Source: Rebecca billardiae RCC1528 (Eukaryota > Protista > Haptophyta). Taken from it: 64,000 bases of DNA. The stretch is from NCBI GenBank assembly GCA_965240325.2, contig OZ251253.1, positions 310,001 through 374,000 on the forward strand, given 5' to 3'. Positions 10,801 to 24,549 of the stretch are shown here, one piece after another (the first letter of the stretch is position 1; every line of letters starts with the position of its first letter). The notes under the pieces were generated by a model. It saw only the letters and a list, made by a program, of their open reading frames with translations. It ran no database searches and had not been told where the DNA came from. The position numbers and the translations under genes were made by a program.

Positions 10801-11735
10801 GCGGCGCTGTCTGTCAGCAGGGCGGCGCCGGGGCCGCATGCTACTTCGGTGCCTCGGAGTCTTACGGTGTGGCTTCTTCCGGTGTGGCCCCTCCGGACTC
10901 TGAGGAGGGCGCGGGCGGCGCGGAGCGCACAGACGGCGCCGCAGACCCCTCGCTGTCCCACTACGCCGCGGCCGCGGCCTCCGAGGCGGTGGCGGAGGCG
11001 GCGGTGGCGGCGGCCGCGGCCGCGGCCGCCGCGGCGCGAGACGCTCGCTTTCTTCCGCTGCTGCCGCGCGCCGCGCTCCTGCTTGCCCTGTGGGCCCTGA
11101 GCGTGGGCGCCGGTCGGTACGCCTCGCTGTGCGCCGCGCCGTTCGCGTTCGCGTCCGGCGTCACGGCCGAGTCCGGGCTCTTCGACTACGGCGTGGCGAA
11201 CGTGAGCGCGGCTCTCGCCCTGGACGCCGCGGGCGCGCTCTGCGCCGCGACGGCGCTTGACGCGCTCGGCCGCCGCGCGACGCAGGCGTGCCTCTTCGCG
11301 CTCTCCGCGGCGGCACACGCGGTGGTCGGTCTCTGCGCGGCGCTCCCCGCGCGGCCGGCGTGGGCGCTCGCGCTGGTCTATGCGCTCGCGCGCGCCTCGC
11401 ACGCCGGTGGCTCGGCCGCGGCGTGGTGCGCTTGCTTCGAGCTCTGGCCCACTCGCGTGCGCGCGACCGCGGTGGCGGCGGCGGCGTGCGCGGCGCGCGC
11501 CGGCGCGCTCGGCGCTCTGGCGTGGGCGGCGCACATGCGCGACACAAACGCCGAGTGGGCACACGCGCTCGCCGCCGCCGCGGCCGCGGCGGTCGGCGCC
11601 GCCGTCGCCCTCGCGCTCCCCGAGACGGCCGGCACTGACCTTGCCCACGCCGCCGACGCCGCGGAGGAGCGGCAGGCGCGCGCGGCCGCGTGGCGCCGCG
11701 TGTCACGCCTCGCTCGGCTCTACTGCCGCTGGTGA
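7875..11735 (+). CDS. Major facilitator superfamily transporter (SV2/sugar-porter-like) with long low-complexity N-terminus and central loop
   Basis: GGALADGALGRR and LDALGRR motif-A loops, AEALPPPRRGR, LLPESLPWL, FELWPTRVRATA, LPETAG motifs. Confidence 0.8.
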   Translation: MAAGPQGAPARLVRLGAERSARIPLSHATPVRELEDALRHAFGLAADLEIVGLSDGSTSLVGLESAHAHPQHAWLIVRGREGGAAGSGASSPRAHQPARTPSSPGGAGAVVSSWLSQLTQHGPLAAGAAARRYGTLVEDEEAPSPARRGASVSPTRAARRAAASPSAPSSPLSTAGWPPRRWPAQPAARSQPRTPPPRLPQPPPQQPWPPRSPVRLELEVQVMAAERELGARSLLTPTSPALGDGAGDGSAAIERRPAGGSHALGGGSRKDSADLEAGGCSMAAAAGGGGVHAGAPSSPPRADAPSPRREPRRWRRWSTPGNRRAPSAGASEVSTPASSSCARRAAAEALDAPRASTAPSLAALISLPSAAAGELAISRRGTEIAISRRGTEIAISALELAGCPAPDGAAAAARSAGRSRWAGEAAAPGADAADGGFERSFLSARSRSSWGGGGVGGGGVGGGGGSGGGGGGGGGDAVASSKEFPQWPAAGARLQLGPLQWRVLVLCCAAAVAHATATFASSFVALSATQPAEGVMAARGQPWDIEKRSAGLLAGECLGLLLGGALADGALGRRAVGVWAAWAIAVLGVATAVSPRRPAAILLAVRTLAAAACGGLGTLFVLLAEALPPPRRGRVMGWVAVVSALTALGTGAAVPPTVLALGWRSAALGAALPALVLLIGAPLLPESLPWLAARGDAAAVRVCVAHAAAENAVLCVLHQRQLAAAAAAAVRSSAQRSTAAASELLPLTGAADAADAAEAGECREENARGGARGWAAPAAGGGADAAAADACAGLKSAGPSAPRAGAAAAPHYDSLAAGGIGAGSCAGSFVVAATAARSAEATAAATAGAQRALASVGRMREARRRSRAQARAGARGAGGEDDNARDSGRPGSSCSTGVGHVSSEYLPPQSTRVAPRGSAAARSGARDAAARPPSAGGGLLGGRAAAALMDGAALGGAALLPDSAAARWGGAEPACGGAVCQQGGAGAACYFGASESYGVASSGVAPPDSEEGAGGAERTDGAADPSLSHYAAAAASEAVAEAAVAAAAAAAAAARDARFLPLLPRAALLLALWALSVGAGRYASLCAAPFAFASGVTAESGLFDYGVANVSAALALDAAGALCAATALDALGRRATQACLFALSAAAHAVVGLCAALPARPAWALALVYALARASHAGGSAAAWCACFELWPTRVRATAVAAAACAARAGALGALAWAAHMRDTNAEWAHALAAAAAAAVGAAVALALPETAGTDLAHAADAAEERQARAAAWRRVSRLARLYCRW

Positions 11736-12558
11736 CGAGCTTCGGCGCCGCGGGTGGCCGCCGACTGACTGGCGGCGGCGGCGTCAGCCGCGCGCGACGG
11801 CACTGCAGACGACAGCGCGACATTATCGATATTATTGATGATGTGATGATCATGATATCGCCGGATTGTGACCGCCCGGAAGCCTTGAGCCTGCTCGGAG
11901 TCGAAGAGTGCTGGCTGAGTGGCTCCGCCGGCGCTGGGCCTCGGGCTCGGGCTGTTGCCCCCGCAGCCCGCCCGGCCGCACGCCCGCACTCCGCCGCAGG
12001 CGCCCGCGGCGGGCGGCGGGCCGCAGGCGGCAGGCGCCCGCGCGCGCGGCGGCGCTCTAACAGTAACTCGTCATCCGCCTAATATATATATATAATATAT
12101 ATATATTATTATAGTATATATAAGTAATTTATAAGTCAGGCGCCGCCCGCGCGCCAGCCGTGAGCCGACGACGGACCGCTTACTTAAACTACTACTACTA
12201 TAAGGCGCCCGCCGGACCGAGTCTGGCGGGGCAAGTCGCCGCCGGGCCGGGCCGCCGGCCGGACCCGAGTCGCGGGCCGTAACGATTCGCGGCGGCGATG
12301 ATCGATGATGACAATCGATTTACATCTGCTGCGCATCGGATGATGACTGCGCTGCTGCAGTGGATGGCATCATTGATGCTGCGGATGCTGATCGAGCCGC
12401 GCCGGAACTACGACACGGTACGTCGGTACGCGGGACCTCGTCAGCGGGCAGGCTAACAGCGGCGACCGTATGGCGTCCCGCGGCCCGGAACTAACACGGA
12501 CACCGGCGGCACAGCACTCCTCGGAAATGCAAGCGCACTCCACGTCTGCAGGCGCTCG

Positions 12559-13230
12559 TCATTCGCGCCTCCTGGCCGGGTCGTTCTGCAGCATGTACAT
12601 GGCAAGCCAGTCGACCGGGTTGTCTGGCCTGCGCGCCAGTGCGCCAGAGCGGTGCGATGGGCACGGCGGGTGCCCGGCGCGAGGGAGCGCGCGGTGGCAG
12701 GGTGACGTGCGGAAGCAGCGCGCGCGCCCGGGCGAATGCATGGCGCAGGCACCGCCCCCTACGGCCTCGCTCGCGACACGCCGCGCACCTGGCCTTCGCC
12801 AGCGCCATCAGCGCCTCGATCAGAACGGGGACGACCGTTGCGTCCAGGTACGATTTGATCGGCAGCGTCTGCGTCGAGAGGATGCTGTGCATGGCGGCGG
12901 CGGCGTTCTCGGCCTTGGCGCCCTGCGTGTGGTGGCCACCGCGCCGCGCGCGCGCACGCGAGGGCGGATGGGCCACCGCCGGCGCACAGCGTGGCGGTGT
13001 GCGCCGTGCTCGGCTGCGCGCACCTCATGCGGGTCGTCCCAGCCGGCGCCGTCCTCCGGCGGCTCGCGGTACTCCGGTGGTGCCCCGGCGGCGGCAGCTG
13101 GCGCTGCATCGAATCCTTCTGTCGGCGGCACGCGGCGCGCGGGTGCGCGCAGAGTGCCCGCACGAGTCAGTCCAGAGCACAAGCAAGGGTGTGGTGTGGG
13201 ATGTGCTGGCGTAACCGCACCGGCTGCCAT
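12559..13230 (-). CDS. DPY30: DPY-30 motif protein (COMPASS/Set1 subunit-like), 4 exons
   Basis: Splicing 13230-13221, 13118-13024, 12922-12789, 12628-12559 (all GT-AG, frame-consistent) gives QTLPIKSYLDATVVPVLIEALMALAKARPDNPVDWLAMYMLQNDP. Confidence 0.85.
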
Positions 13231-13361
13231 CGCTCGTTCGAACATGCTCTTTTTTCTTCATTGTCGAGCAGATGATTTGTAGCGTCGTCAAATAAACCAC
13301 CTGCTAGCGCGACCAATTACTCTGCTCGGCGCCTCGGCCAAGGGACTCCCTTGCCTCGGCC

Positions 13362-15062
13362 ATGCGCCTCGAGCACGTCTACCGCAAGAGCCTGATTCCC
13401 GCGGATGGCGAGGACGATGGCGCCGCCTTCAAGCGCTGGCAGAGCGAAGAGGAGCGGCGTGCCAGAGCCGAGCCTGCGCCGGAGCCCTACGATGCGCACG
13501 TCCCGGCCGACGCGCAACACGCGATCAACGTGCCATTGTTGAGGTGCATGCTCGCGATGACCGAGGTCTTCTTCTGCGGCGACAAGGCCTGGGGGCTCCC
13601 CAACATGCCGGACCAAGGCTTTCACGGCCGAATTCCACCGCTCTTCTTCGCCGCCATGCTCGGCTCGGTGGAGATGGCACGCGCCGTGCTCCGCCGCGGT
13701 GCGAGCCTCGATGCCCAAGCGCCCGCGTACCTGCTCGAAGAATCGTCGTATGAGATGGAGGGCACCGCCCTGTACGTAGCCTGTGAGAGTCTGCGGCGCA
13801 TCGACATGAGCGAGGCTCCGTCGGGCGGCCCAGCCGAGAGCGTTGACCGCTTGGCCACCGCCCGCTTCCTGCTGAGCGTTGGCGCCGATCCGAACGAGGC
13901 GGCGCCCTCGTCCGGGCTGACGCCGCTGCACTCGGCGTGCGAGGCCGGCTGCATGGAGCTCGCCGAGGCGCTCCTCGCCCACGGCGCTCGCCCCACGCCC
14001 CTCGACCGCTCGGGCCGCTCGCCCGCGTCGCTCCTCGCCACCAGTGCGCTGCAGGCGCTCTTCAAGCGCAAGCTCAGGGCGGCCGCCACCGGCGCGCGCG
14101 AGCCCGCGCGCTGTCCGTGCGGGTCTGGCCGACCGCTCGAGCGGTGCCACGGCGCGCCAGATGGCGTGCCCATGCACCCGGACACGCTCTGCCCGTGCGA
14201 GCACAACGTGCGTTTGCTGAAGCCAGACAGTGGGCAAGCGCCGAGCCCTGGGCAGATCTTGCCACGGCTGAGGACGTATGGCAACTGCTGCCAGAAGCGG
14301 CGCACCTTCTTCCGTGAGACGCTCTCGCGCGCCTTCGGCCCGCCGCAGGTGGTCCCCCCCGTGGGCCACTCCCAATTCGTCCCAAGGAATGGCGAGAGCA
14401 TGGAAGAACAGATTCGTGCCTTCAACCAGTCATTGGGGATGACAGGCGACATGCTGAACAGATCGAGAGCGGCCATCCTGCGCCCTCTCATGCAGCCCGT
14501 CGTGGCGATGGGGGGCATGGATCCGTGCTTTGCCGCCATCTGCGCCTCAGGCGAGTGCGACTTCATGTACATGCAGCCCTGGCTCTCCAAGGGCCTGAGC
14601 CAAAACGAGCAGTCCGTCCGCATGCATGAGTGGAACGCCCTCGTCGACAGCTTCATCTCGCGCAACCACGAGTCGTGCGCGGGTCGGTCGCCAACGGAGG
14701 TGGCGCGCGAGTGTAAGGTTGACAGCCACGGCTGCCGCCTCCTCCACCAGTGCGCGCACTCCGGGTGTGGCCGGTGGGAGGAGACGAAAGGCGAGTTCCA
14801 GCGCTGCAGCGGCTGCCGCGGGGCTGCCTACTGCTCGCGTGAGTGCCAGAAGGCGGCATGGCAGCGCGGGCACCGCGCGGCGTGCAAGGACCAGGCGCTG
14901 TGCACGGGTGGCGTGCGCCACGAGCTGTGGCTCAAGTCCTCGCTCGCAGTCAACCAGATTGTCGTGGACGACCTCATGTCAGCAACAGCCACCGGCCCGC
15001 CGCCGGAGATAGCTGCGGCCTTAGCAGCGGCTGCAGCATCAGCAGGCGGCCTTCAGTTCTGA
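13362..15062 (+). CDS. Ankyrin + SEC-C zinc motif + MYND zinc-finger protein
   Basis: Ankyrin SGLTPLHSACEAG; SEC-C CPCGSGRPLERCHG and a second interrupted CPC...YGNCC; MYND CAHSGC...RCSGCRGAAYCSRECQKAAWQRGHRAAC. Confidence 0.85.
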   Translation: MRLEHVYRKSLIPADGEDDGAAFKRWQSEEERRARAEPAPEPYDAHVPADAQHAINVPLLRCMLAMTEVFFCGDKAWGLPNMPDQGFHGRIPPLFFAAMLGSVEMARAVLRRGASLDAQAPAYLLEESSYEMEGTALYVACESLRRIDMSEAPSGGPAESVDRLATARFLLSVGADPNEAAPSSGLTPLHSACEAGCMELAEALLAHGARPTPLDRSGRSPASLLATSALQALFKRKLRAAATGAREPARCPCGSGRPLERCHGAPDGVPMHPDTLCPCEHNVRLLKPDSGQAPSPGQILPRLRTYGNCCQKRRTFFRETLSRAFGPPQVVPPVGHSQFVPRNGESMEEQIRAFNQSLGMTGDMLNRSRAAILRPLMQPVVAMGGMDPCFAAICASGECDFMYMQPWLSKGLSQNEQSVRMHEWNALVDSFISRNHESCAGRSPTEVARECKVDSHGCRLLHQCAHSGCGRWEETKGEFQRCSGCRGAAYCSRECQKAAWQRGHRAACKDQALCTGGVRHELWLKSSLAVNQIVVDDLMSATATGPPPEIAAALAAAAASAGGLQF

Positions 15063-15190
15063 TGATCGACAGCACCGCCTGGTCCTGTGACCGCGCGCTG
15101 AGTGAGTCCTGACATGAAATATTATATATATATTATAATATATAAATATATATATTTATATTTATTATATCATATATATATATATATATT

Positions 15191-15770
15191 AACGACGTGG
15201 TATGCAACGGGCAGGCGTCAGAGTCAGCAAGCTGTAGCAGCAGATCGAGCAGCAGAGACAAACACCAGGATCAGCGCTCCTCGCCGTCGTCCCCCCCCCC
15301 TCGTAGTCGCCCATCACTCTGACATCGCCGAGCGGAAGCTCGACGCACCGTCTGGCGTCGACGCGCGCGCGCCACCGCGGTGGTCGCGGTGCCACGCGTC
15401 GTCAGCCGTCGTCTCGAAGTAGTCGTCGTATGCAGCGCCCCCGCGGGCGCGTGCCCCCGGGCGCACGTGCGCCATGCGCGCGCGGGCGATGAGCATCTTG
15501 GCCTGGCCACGCAGGCAGCGCATGCCCAGCTCGCGCCGCATGGTGCCGAGCAGCGCGCGCTCGGCGGCGGGGCGCGAGGGCGCGCTGAGGCGCGCGCGCC
15601 ACGTGTCCCGCCCCATCTTGGCGATCTTCTTGAGGGTGAGGTCCACCTCCGCGCTCCACTCGCCAAACGCCCCCACGACAATCGGGACGATCGCGGGGAA
15701 GGTGTCGAGCCGCGCCTCGTATGGGCCCACCTGGCCCTCAAGCGTGCCGTAGACTACCTCGCGGTCGAGG
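15191..15770 (-). mobile_element. 5'-truncated non-LTR retrotransposon fragment (C-terminus of a restriction-like-endonuclease clade ORF, CRE-like) plus 3' UTR
   Basis: ORF 15314-15730 IVPIVVGAFGEWSAEVDLTLKKIA...RRELGMRCLRGQAKML resembles the F.P...E.FG.W...A..L..I...R+S..LQRGNA tail of RLE LINEs; both ends abut AT-rich tracts. Confidence 0.6.
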
Positions 15771-16117
15771 TATATATTATATTAATGATGATCTCTGCGT
15801 CAACCGAGTACGACTAGACGACACTATCTATACGACGATATGACGCGCGCGATATGTCGATCGTCATCATCGACATATCCGGGGACGATGATCGACGTAC
15901 GATCGTCATCCAGGGTGCACTAGCTACTGTGATCGGATGAAATTATTCCGGCGCCATCATTGGCGGCGTCCCGCCGGACGGCGGGTCCGACATGATGAGG
16001 AGACCGACGCCGACGACTGTTCCGCGCGACGGTGGCTCGATGAAGCGATGCGGCGCATGCGTGCCGCGTCGGATCGCACCACGCCCGACCCGGCCGCCGG
16101 GCGGTGTGCGGCTGTGC

Positions 16118-19428
<3,311 letters not shown>

Positions 19429-20285
19429 AAGTCGGGAGCGTGGGGGGGATGATGCGGATGCGGTCGCGATTTTTTGCAGTCCGTCGCGTCGGCTCGGGAC
19501 CACTTTCCCGCCGTCGAACCGATGTCAAACTTCGCAGGTCGTGTTCAACTCCCTTGTCGGTATTCCGTACCCCGATGCCCGGCGGAAAAAGACGATTTTG
19601 TTGATGGCCTACGGTTCGTCAATAGCTTGAAGCCGGGCATCTTGTAGGTAGCGTCTGTAGCTGTCGGTAGGTTCCCCCGGTCTGCGACCGCGTTGACCCA
19701 CTGAAGCGGAATCAACGATACATATAATGATCGGCGGAGGGTTCACAACAGATTCGAGGCGAACGTTTAAGCAGCCTATTTTACCGCCGCAAAAGCAATC
19801 AAGCGATGTGTTTGCGCTCGCTTGGTCGCGCACCGTCATGGAAGTATGATTCATTTTTTACTCATGGATCAATCTACGCCTTCTTTCCACCCTTTGAACG
19901 AGTAAGATGCCAGATTAATACGATCGGCCAGTTACAACCCGATCGTGAACTTTTCTCCACCAAAGATACCTGCTGCAATAATCATCACAAACGCCCGCAA
20001 GCAGCGGAAAATTGGTCAAGCGATTTATTTCTCCTCAACCTCGCATAAATTCAGACCTACCCACTCACCGCATGCGCGCCACTCGGCCCCGCCGTTAAAT
20101 TGGTTAAAAAAGAAAGAATGATGATAGCAGTTATTACCCCCATACAACCGGACCCATTCCAGTATGATGCCGAATCCGGCCGCGCGGGGCCGCCGACGAG
20201 GCTGTGCTTGCAAGAGTCCGGCTGCGCGGGGCCCGCCGACGAGTGCGTGCGTGCGGGGCCGGCTTCGCTTGCCAGTCAGTGCGTG

Positions 20286-21987
20286 CACTCGAGACAGGTT
20301 GCACAGGAAACTGTCCTTGGTGTTACATTTCTGAGAGACGGCGCCTCTGAAGGATGGCGCCCGCCCACTCGCCGCTCGTGGGTGGCGCGCGCCTCGCGTG
20401 TCGATGCAGCCCCGCATCATGACTAGCTGAATGCGCGTGTCGTCAGGACTTGTCCGCGTGCGCTACATCCCTTGAGCTAGCACAGCCGGGACCCCCTCGC
20501 CGTCGGCAGTGACTGTCATCATCCCATCACACGTCGCGTGAGACGGCAAACAGCCACGGCAGCATCACCCTCTCGTCCAGGATCATCAGGCAGCTGGAGA
20601 CAGTCCTCCCTTCGACGCGTCTCGGAGCGAGCGCACACGCCCAGCTCTATCTGCGTCACACCGCCCGCGCCATCCGTCTCGAGCCCAACGCCCGTCACCA
20701 CGCGCAGTATGGCAAACCGTCATGATCGGACCGAGCTCGTCGCCCGAGTGCAGCCTTCGCCCGCAATGCCGCGCGCGAGCATTCGAGTTCGACAATAAGT
20801 CGTCAGCGACTTGTGGGCCGGCGGGGAGATCCACGCGTGGCATAGATACCATGTAGGTCGTCAGCTCCTGCTCGGTGTACGCACGCGCTCTGCATCTGAA
20901 CACTTGATAGAAGCTCTCGATCATCACCATCGAGCGGTCTACGTGAGCCTGTGCGACCGTCTGCGCAACACCTCGCGCCTCACCCTTGATGCTGAGCTCA
21001 CGCGAGACAAAGAAGGCTATGTAGGGCTCAATGACATTCATACAGTGAGAGCGTCCTTGCCGCAGCGAGCGACAGCTTCCTTCGCCCGCTTCTTAGCACT
21101 CGCCCTGCTGTTCTTGGGCGTGAGTGAGGCGTGGTGCCTCGTCAGCCTGCTGAGCGGTTCTTGTCGATGCGTGTCACAGCGCGGAAGCAGGTGTGCGTTC
21201 GCGAGGCGTCGTGCGTGGATGCCGTTCTTCATGCTGACGACATAGATAGACTGCGTAGCGGCCGTCTCCTCATCCAAGAGCCTCGAGCATGCCACGACTC
21301 TGACACTTCAGCGCTCCGGCCGGCGCGCATGCACCATCAAGTGCAACCGAGCGGTTGAGAGGTAGCCGCCGCCAGCTTTTCGAACCTCACCAACACGCGC
21401 TGGATGAACATTGCAAAGTTGTCGCATACTATGAGTGTCGCGTGTCTCTTCCCGCGACTGTTGCTGCGCGACGTGATGTGCAAGACCAGTCGCGCGCGCG
21501 CTCCATCCAATACACGCACGGCTGATGAATGGACGTGGCCGAGCGCAAGCACGCACGCGCGAGTCGTAGGCTGCGAACGTCGTGTGCAGCCAGACTGCGA
21601 CGTGCACGGCACGTATCCACCTTGCATTGCTACGTCTCTTCACACCGGGCCTGGGACTCTTCCAGGCTGAGACGGCCTGCTCTGCTGCCCTCTGTGACTC
21701 AGATGCCGCGCGAACGTGCCGCGCGGCTGCGCGATGTCGCGATTGGAGCTCAAGGGTGGTTGACTTTCGGTACATGCTACTCAAGCAGGAAGAGGCCGAT
21801 CGAGGCGCGGAGTGGCGCGCTGCACCCGCAACAGCGGGCATCGTGCAGCGCGCGAGAGCGCGCGCCGCTTCCGGGCGCACGGCGACGGCGCCATGTACCG
21901 AAAGACGGGTGGACAGGTCGCGTCCACTGGGAATGTAACATCTGTCAGTCGCGGGCGGTCATTTTTCCGTGCAACCTGTCTCGAGTG
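20286..21987. mobile_element. Decayed terminal-inverted-repeat element with fragmented internal ORFs
   Basis: CACTCGAGACAGGTTGCAC (20286-20304) is the exact reverse complement of 21969-21987; weaker inverted matches continue inward; no TSD found. Confidence 0.5.
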
Positions 21988-22710
21988 ACAGGCGGTGCGA
22001 CTAACCATCCCGCGCTGGCGCGCGCACGCGTCATCGCTACCGGGACGGAGTGCCATCCCGGGGGCTTCCGCTCGGTGAGCACTGAGCAGCTCCCGGAGGT
22101 CGGTGAGCAACGCTGCTCACCGATGCCGGTGAGGAGTGCACGAGCATCCCCGAGCCCACGGCATGCAATAAGTAGAAAGCGAATCGAGGCCGAGCTAAGA
22201 CTAAGTGATGCCAGGCCGAGCTGTAAAGTGTAAGTGGGCCAACCGGTCGGCAGCGGGCAGTTAGGCCGTAGTCGGGCCGGAGCCCGGCGGATACGACGTC
22301 GCAGATGCTGATGAGGCCCTGCCGCCGAATAGCGATTCTGCTGAGACTCCGCGCCCGCTCCGATTATCGTCCATCGTCCGCCTGCCGGCCTGGGACACTA
22401 CTAGTACTACCGTATAACGGCGAGTTACTAGTTAGACGACTAGTACTTAGTAGCCAGCCCGACTCACTGGCGCGCAGTAGTTGGCAACTACTAATATTAT
22501 TCATACTCAGATTTGTCGTTTCAAACGACGGCAGACGAGCGGGCCCGTCCGCCGCCACGTGCAATCCGCCAGATTCTCTCGCTACCCGCTCCGCCTACGC
22601 GCTGCCGGCGCGGAATTGTGCGCCGCCAAACTCGCCGTCTGCGCCGTCCACGGGCCCATCATCGACTCGCGCGCCGCGTTGCGCTGCAGCACGGCCGCCG
22701 GCACCGCGCC

Positions 22711-22963
22711 CAGGCCCCAGCTGCGGAGTCAGCTCCTCCCCGCCCCCCGCGGGCAGCCATGCGGGGCGCCACGGGTGCTCGCCGCCCAAGACGCTCGGGA
22801 GGTGCGACCTCGGCAGCGCGACAGCGGCGCAGAGCGCGTCCAGGCCCCAGCTGCGGAGTCAGCTCCTCCCCGCGGGCAGCCATGCGGGGCGCCACGGGTG
22901 CTCGCCGCCCAAGAAGCTCGGCAGGTGCGACCTCGGCAGCGCGACGGCGGCGCAGAGCGCGTC
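22711..22963. repeat. Tandem duplication (130 bp + 123 bp) of the 3' end of the CRAL-TRIO gene
   Basis: 22711-22840 and 22841-22963 are near-identical apart from a 7-bp indel and a few substitutions. Confidence 0.9.
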
Positions 22964-24079
22964 GGGGGAGTGCGCGAGCGTGATCTTCGACATGAGCCGC
23001 TCGGAGAGCAGCGAGCGGCCCATCCGGTGCAGCACGTCGGCGAACGGCGGCGGGTGCACCACCACCACCGTCTCGATCAGCTGCGGGTAGAGCACATCGG
23101 TCAGCCTCGACAGACGCCCCTGCACGGGCCCGAGCCGGCGGTGCGCGAGCGCAAACGGCAGCGAGAGCCCGGCGAGGTCCTCGACGACGACGAGGCGGAC
23201 GAGGCGGCCGGACTCGCGCGTGAGCCGGTCGGTCAGCTGGAACGCGAGCTCGCGGTTCGACACGCCCGCCTCGATGTGCCACCGGTCGGGCTTAGCGACC
23301 AGTGCCTCGGTGTTGGCTGCGCACGGGACAGCCACCTGCACCGGCTGGCCCTCGGCCGTGCGCCAGGGGAGGAGGCCGAGCGGCGAGATCTCGCGCGCCT
23401 CGGCCTGCACCGCGTCGAGCCGCGTGAACAGCTCCGCGTGCCCCGCGCGCCAATCCAGCCCCGCGCGGATCGCCTCCGCCGCCGCCGCCGCCGAGCGCTC
23501 GTGCGTCAACACGTACCGAAGGACGAACAGGTCGTCGTGCTCCTTGCCCAAGCGTCCCTCGAGCGCCGGGGAGGCGCGCACCGCGTCGATGCGCGCGCGG
23601 TGCTGCCGGAGCAGGTCCGAGATGCGCGGGAGCCGCTCCATGTCCGTCGGGAGCGAGCGCGGCGGCGGCGGCACGGGCAGGAGCGGGCCGCCAAGGGCGA
23701 GTGCGGGGCGCTGCGAAGAGGTCGCGGCCGCCGCCGACGCGCCGAGGCCCGCGGCGGTGGCGGCGGCGGCGGCGGGGCCAAGGACGTGGCGCCACAGCGA
23801 GGGGGCATGAACGCCCGCGCCACCACGCACGCCACTCGCCCCACCGCACACGCCGCGCGGGTCGGCGAGCGCGTGCTCAGCCGACGGCGCGACGCGCGCC
23901 GGCCGTGCGCCGTTGCCGCGCATGAAGCGGATCATAGCGGGGTCGCACGGCTTGGCGGCGCCGACGCCGTGCGCCCCGAAGCCGTGCGTCATGAGGCGCC
24001 ACGCCACGCCCGGCGCGCCCAGCGCGAGCCGCAGCGCGGGAACATCAAGCGCGCCGTCGAGGAGCGCTGCGGCGTCCAT
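22859..24079 (-). CDS. CRAL-TRIO / Sec14-like lipid-binding protein
   Basis: HDDLFVLRYVL...AAAEAIRAGLDWR, VVVEDLAGLS, LYPQLIETVVVVHPP, LLSERLMSKI, LPSFLGG; start uncertain (24079 or 24193). Confidence 0.8.
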   Translation of the reverse strand: MDAAALLDGALDVPALRLALGAPGVAWRLMTHGFGAHGVGAAKPCDPAMIRFMRGNGARPARVAPSAEHALADPRGVCGGASGVRGGAGVHAPSLWRHVLGPAAAAATAAGLGASAAAATSSQRPALALGGPLLPVPPPPRSLPTDMERLPRISDLLRQHRARIDAVRASPALEGRLGKEHDDLFVLRYVLTHERSAAAAAEAIRAGLDWRAGHAELFTRLDAVQAEAREISPLGLLPWRTAEGQPVQVAVPCAANTEALVAKPDRWHIEAGVSNRELAFQLTDRLTRESGRLVRLVVVEDLAGLSLPFALAHRRLGPVQGRLSRLTDVLYPQLIETVVVVHPPPFADVLHRMGRSLLSERLMSKITLAHSPDALCAAVALPRSHLPSFLGGEHPWRPAWLPAGRS

Positions 24080-24549
24080 TATCGCAGCGCTCCCCGGCAG
24101 ACCGGACTCAGGTGGGGGCACAAGTCGTCCGGTGAGGAACCGGTTTGGCACCGTGCTTCCCAGCCCGCGGATGCGCATGGCGGTCGTGCTCATCGTGTCT
24201 GCGCGCGCGGCGCCGCCCTCGACGGGTGATGCGCCGCACTCGCTCGCGCGCAAGCATGGCCTCCCATGCGACGCCTTTTCCGACTCGGCCGTCAACCTCA
24301 ACGCGACGATTGCCGCCTGATGACGGCGGCGGTGCCGCCGTACGCGCGCTATGTACGCGCCACCGCAGGTAACTTTAAAAGTTTAAAAAAATAAACGGTC
24401 CGAGTCAGGACGTATTTGAATATCTTACTGCTTCTTAAGCTCTTAGCTGGATAAGCAGGTGCGCAGGAATGGGAAGTGGGCCGACTGTGACGTACTGCCA
24501 CGGCTACTCGATCTCGCTGCCGGCCGGGGGGACGATATATGAGCCCGCG

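Noticed and set aside
8270-11648. Long antisense/alternate-frame ORFs (also 17335-19122, 33404-35800, 52933-54795, 62269-63915)
   Set aside because: Arg/Ala/Pro-rich shadows expected from stop-codon scarcity at very high GC; they overlap well-supported genes
19500-20150. RNA gene in the low-GC stretch upstream of the homeobox gene
   Set aside because: No recognisable tRNA, snRNA or rRNA motifs; likely promoter or decayed repeat
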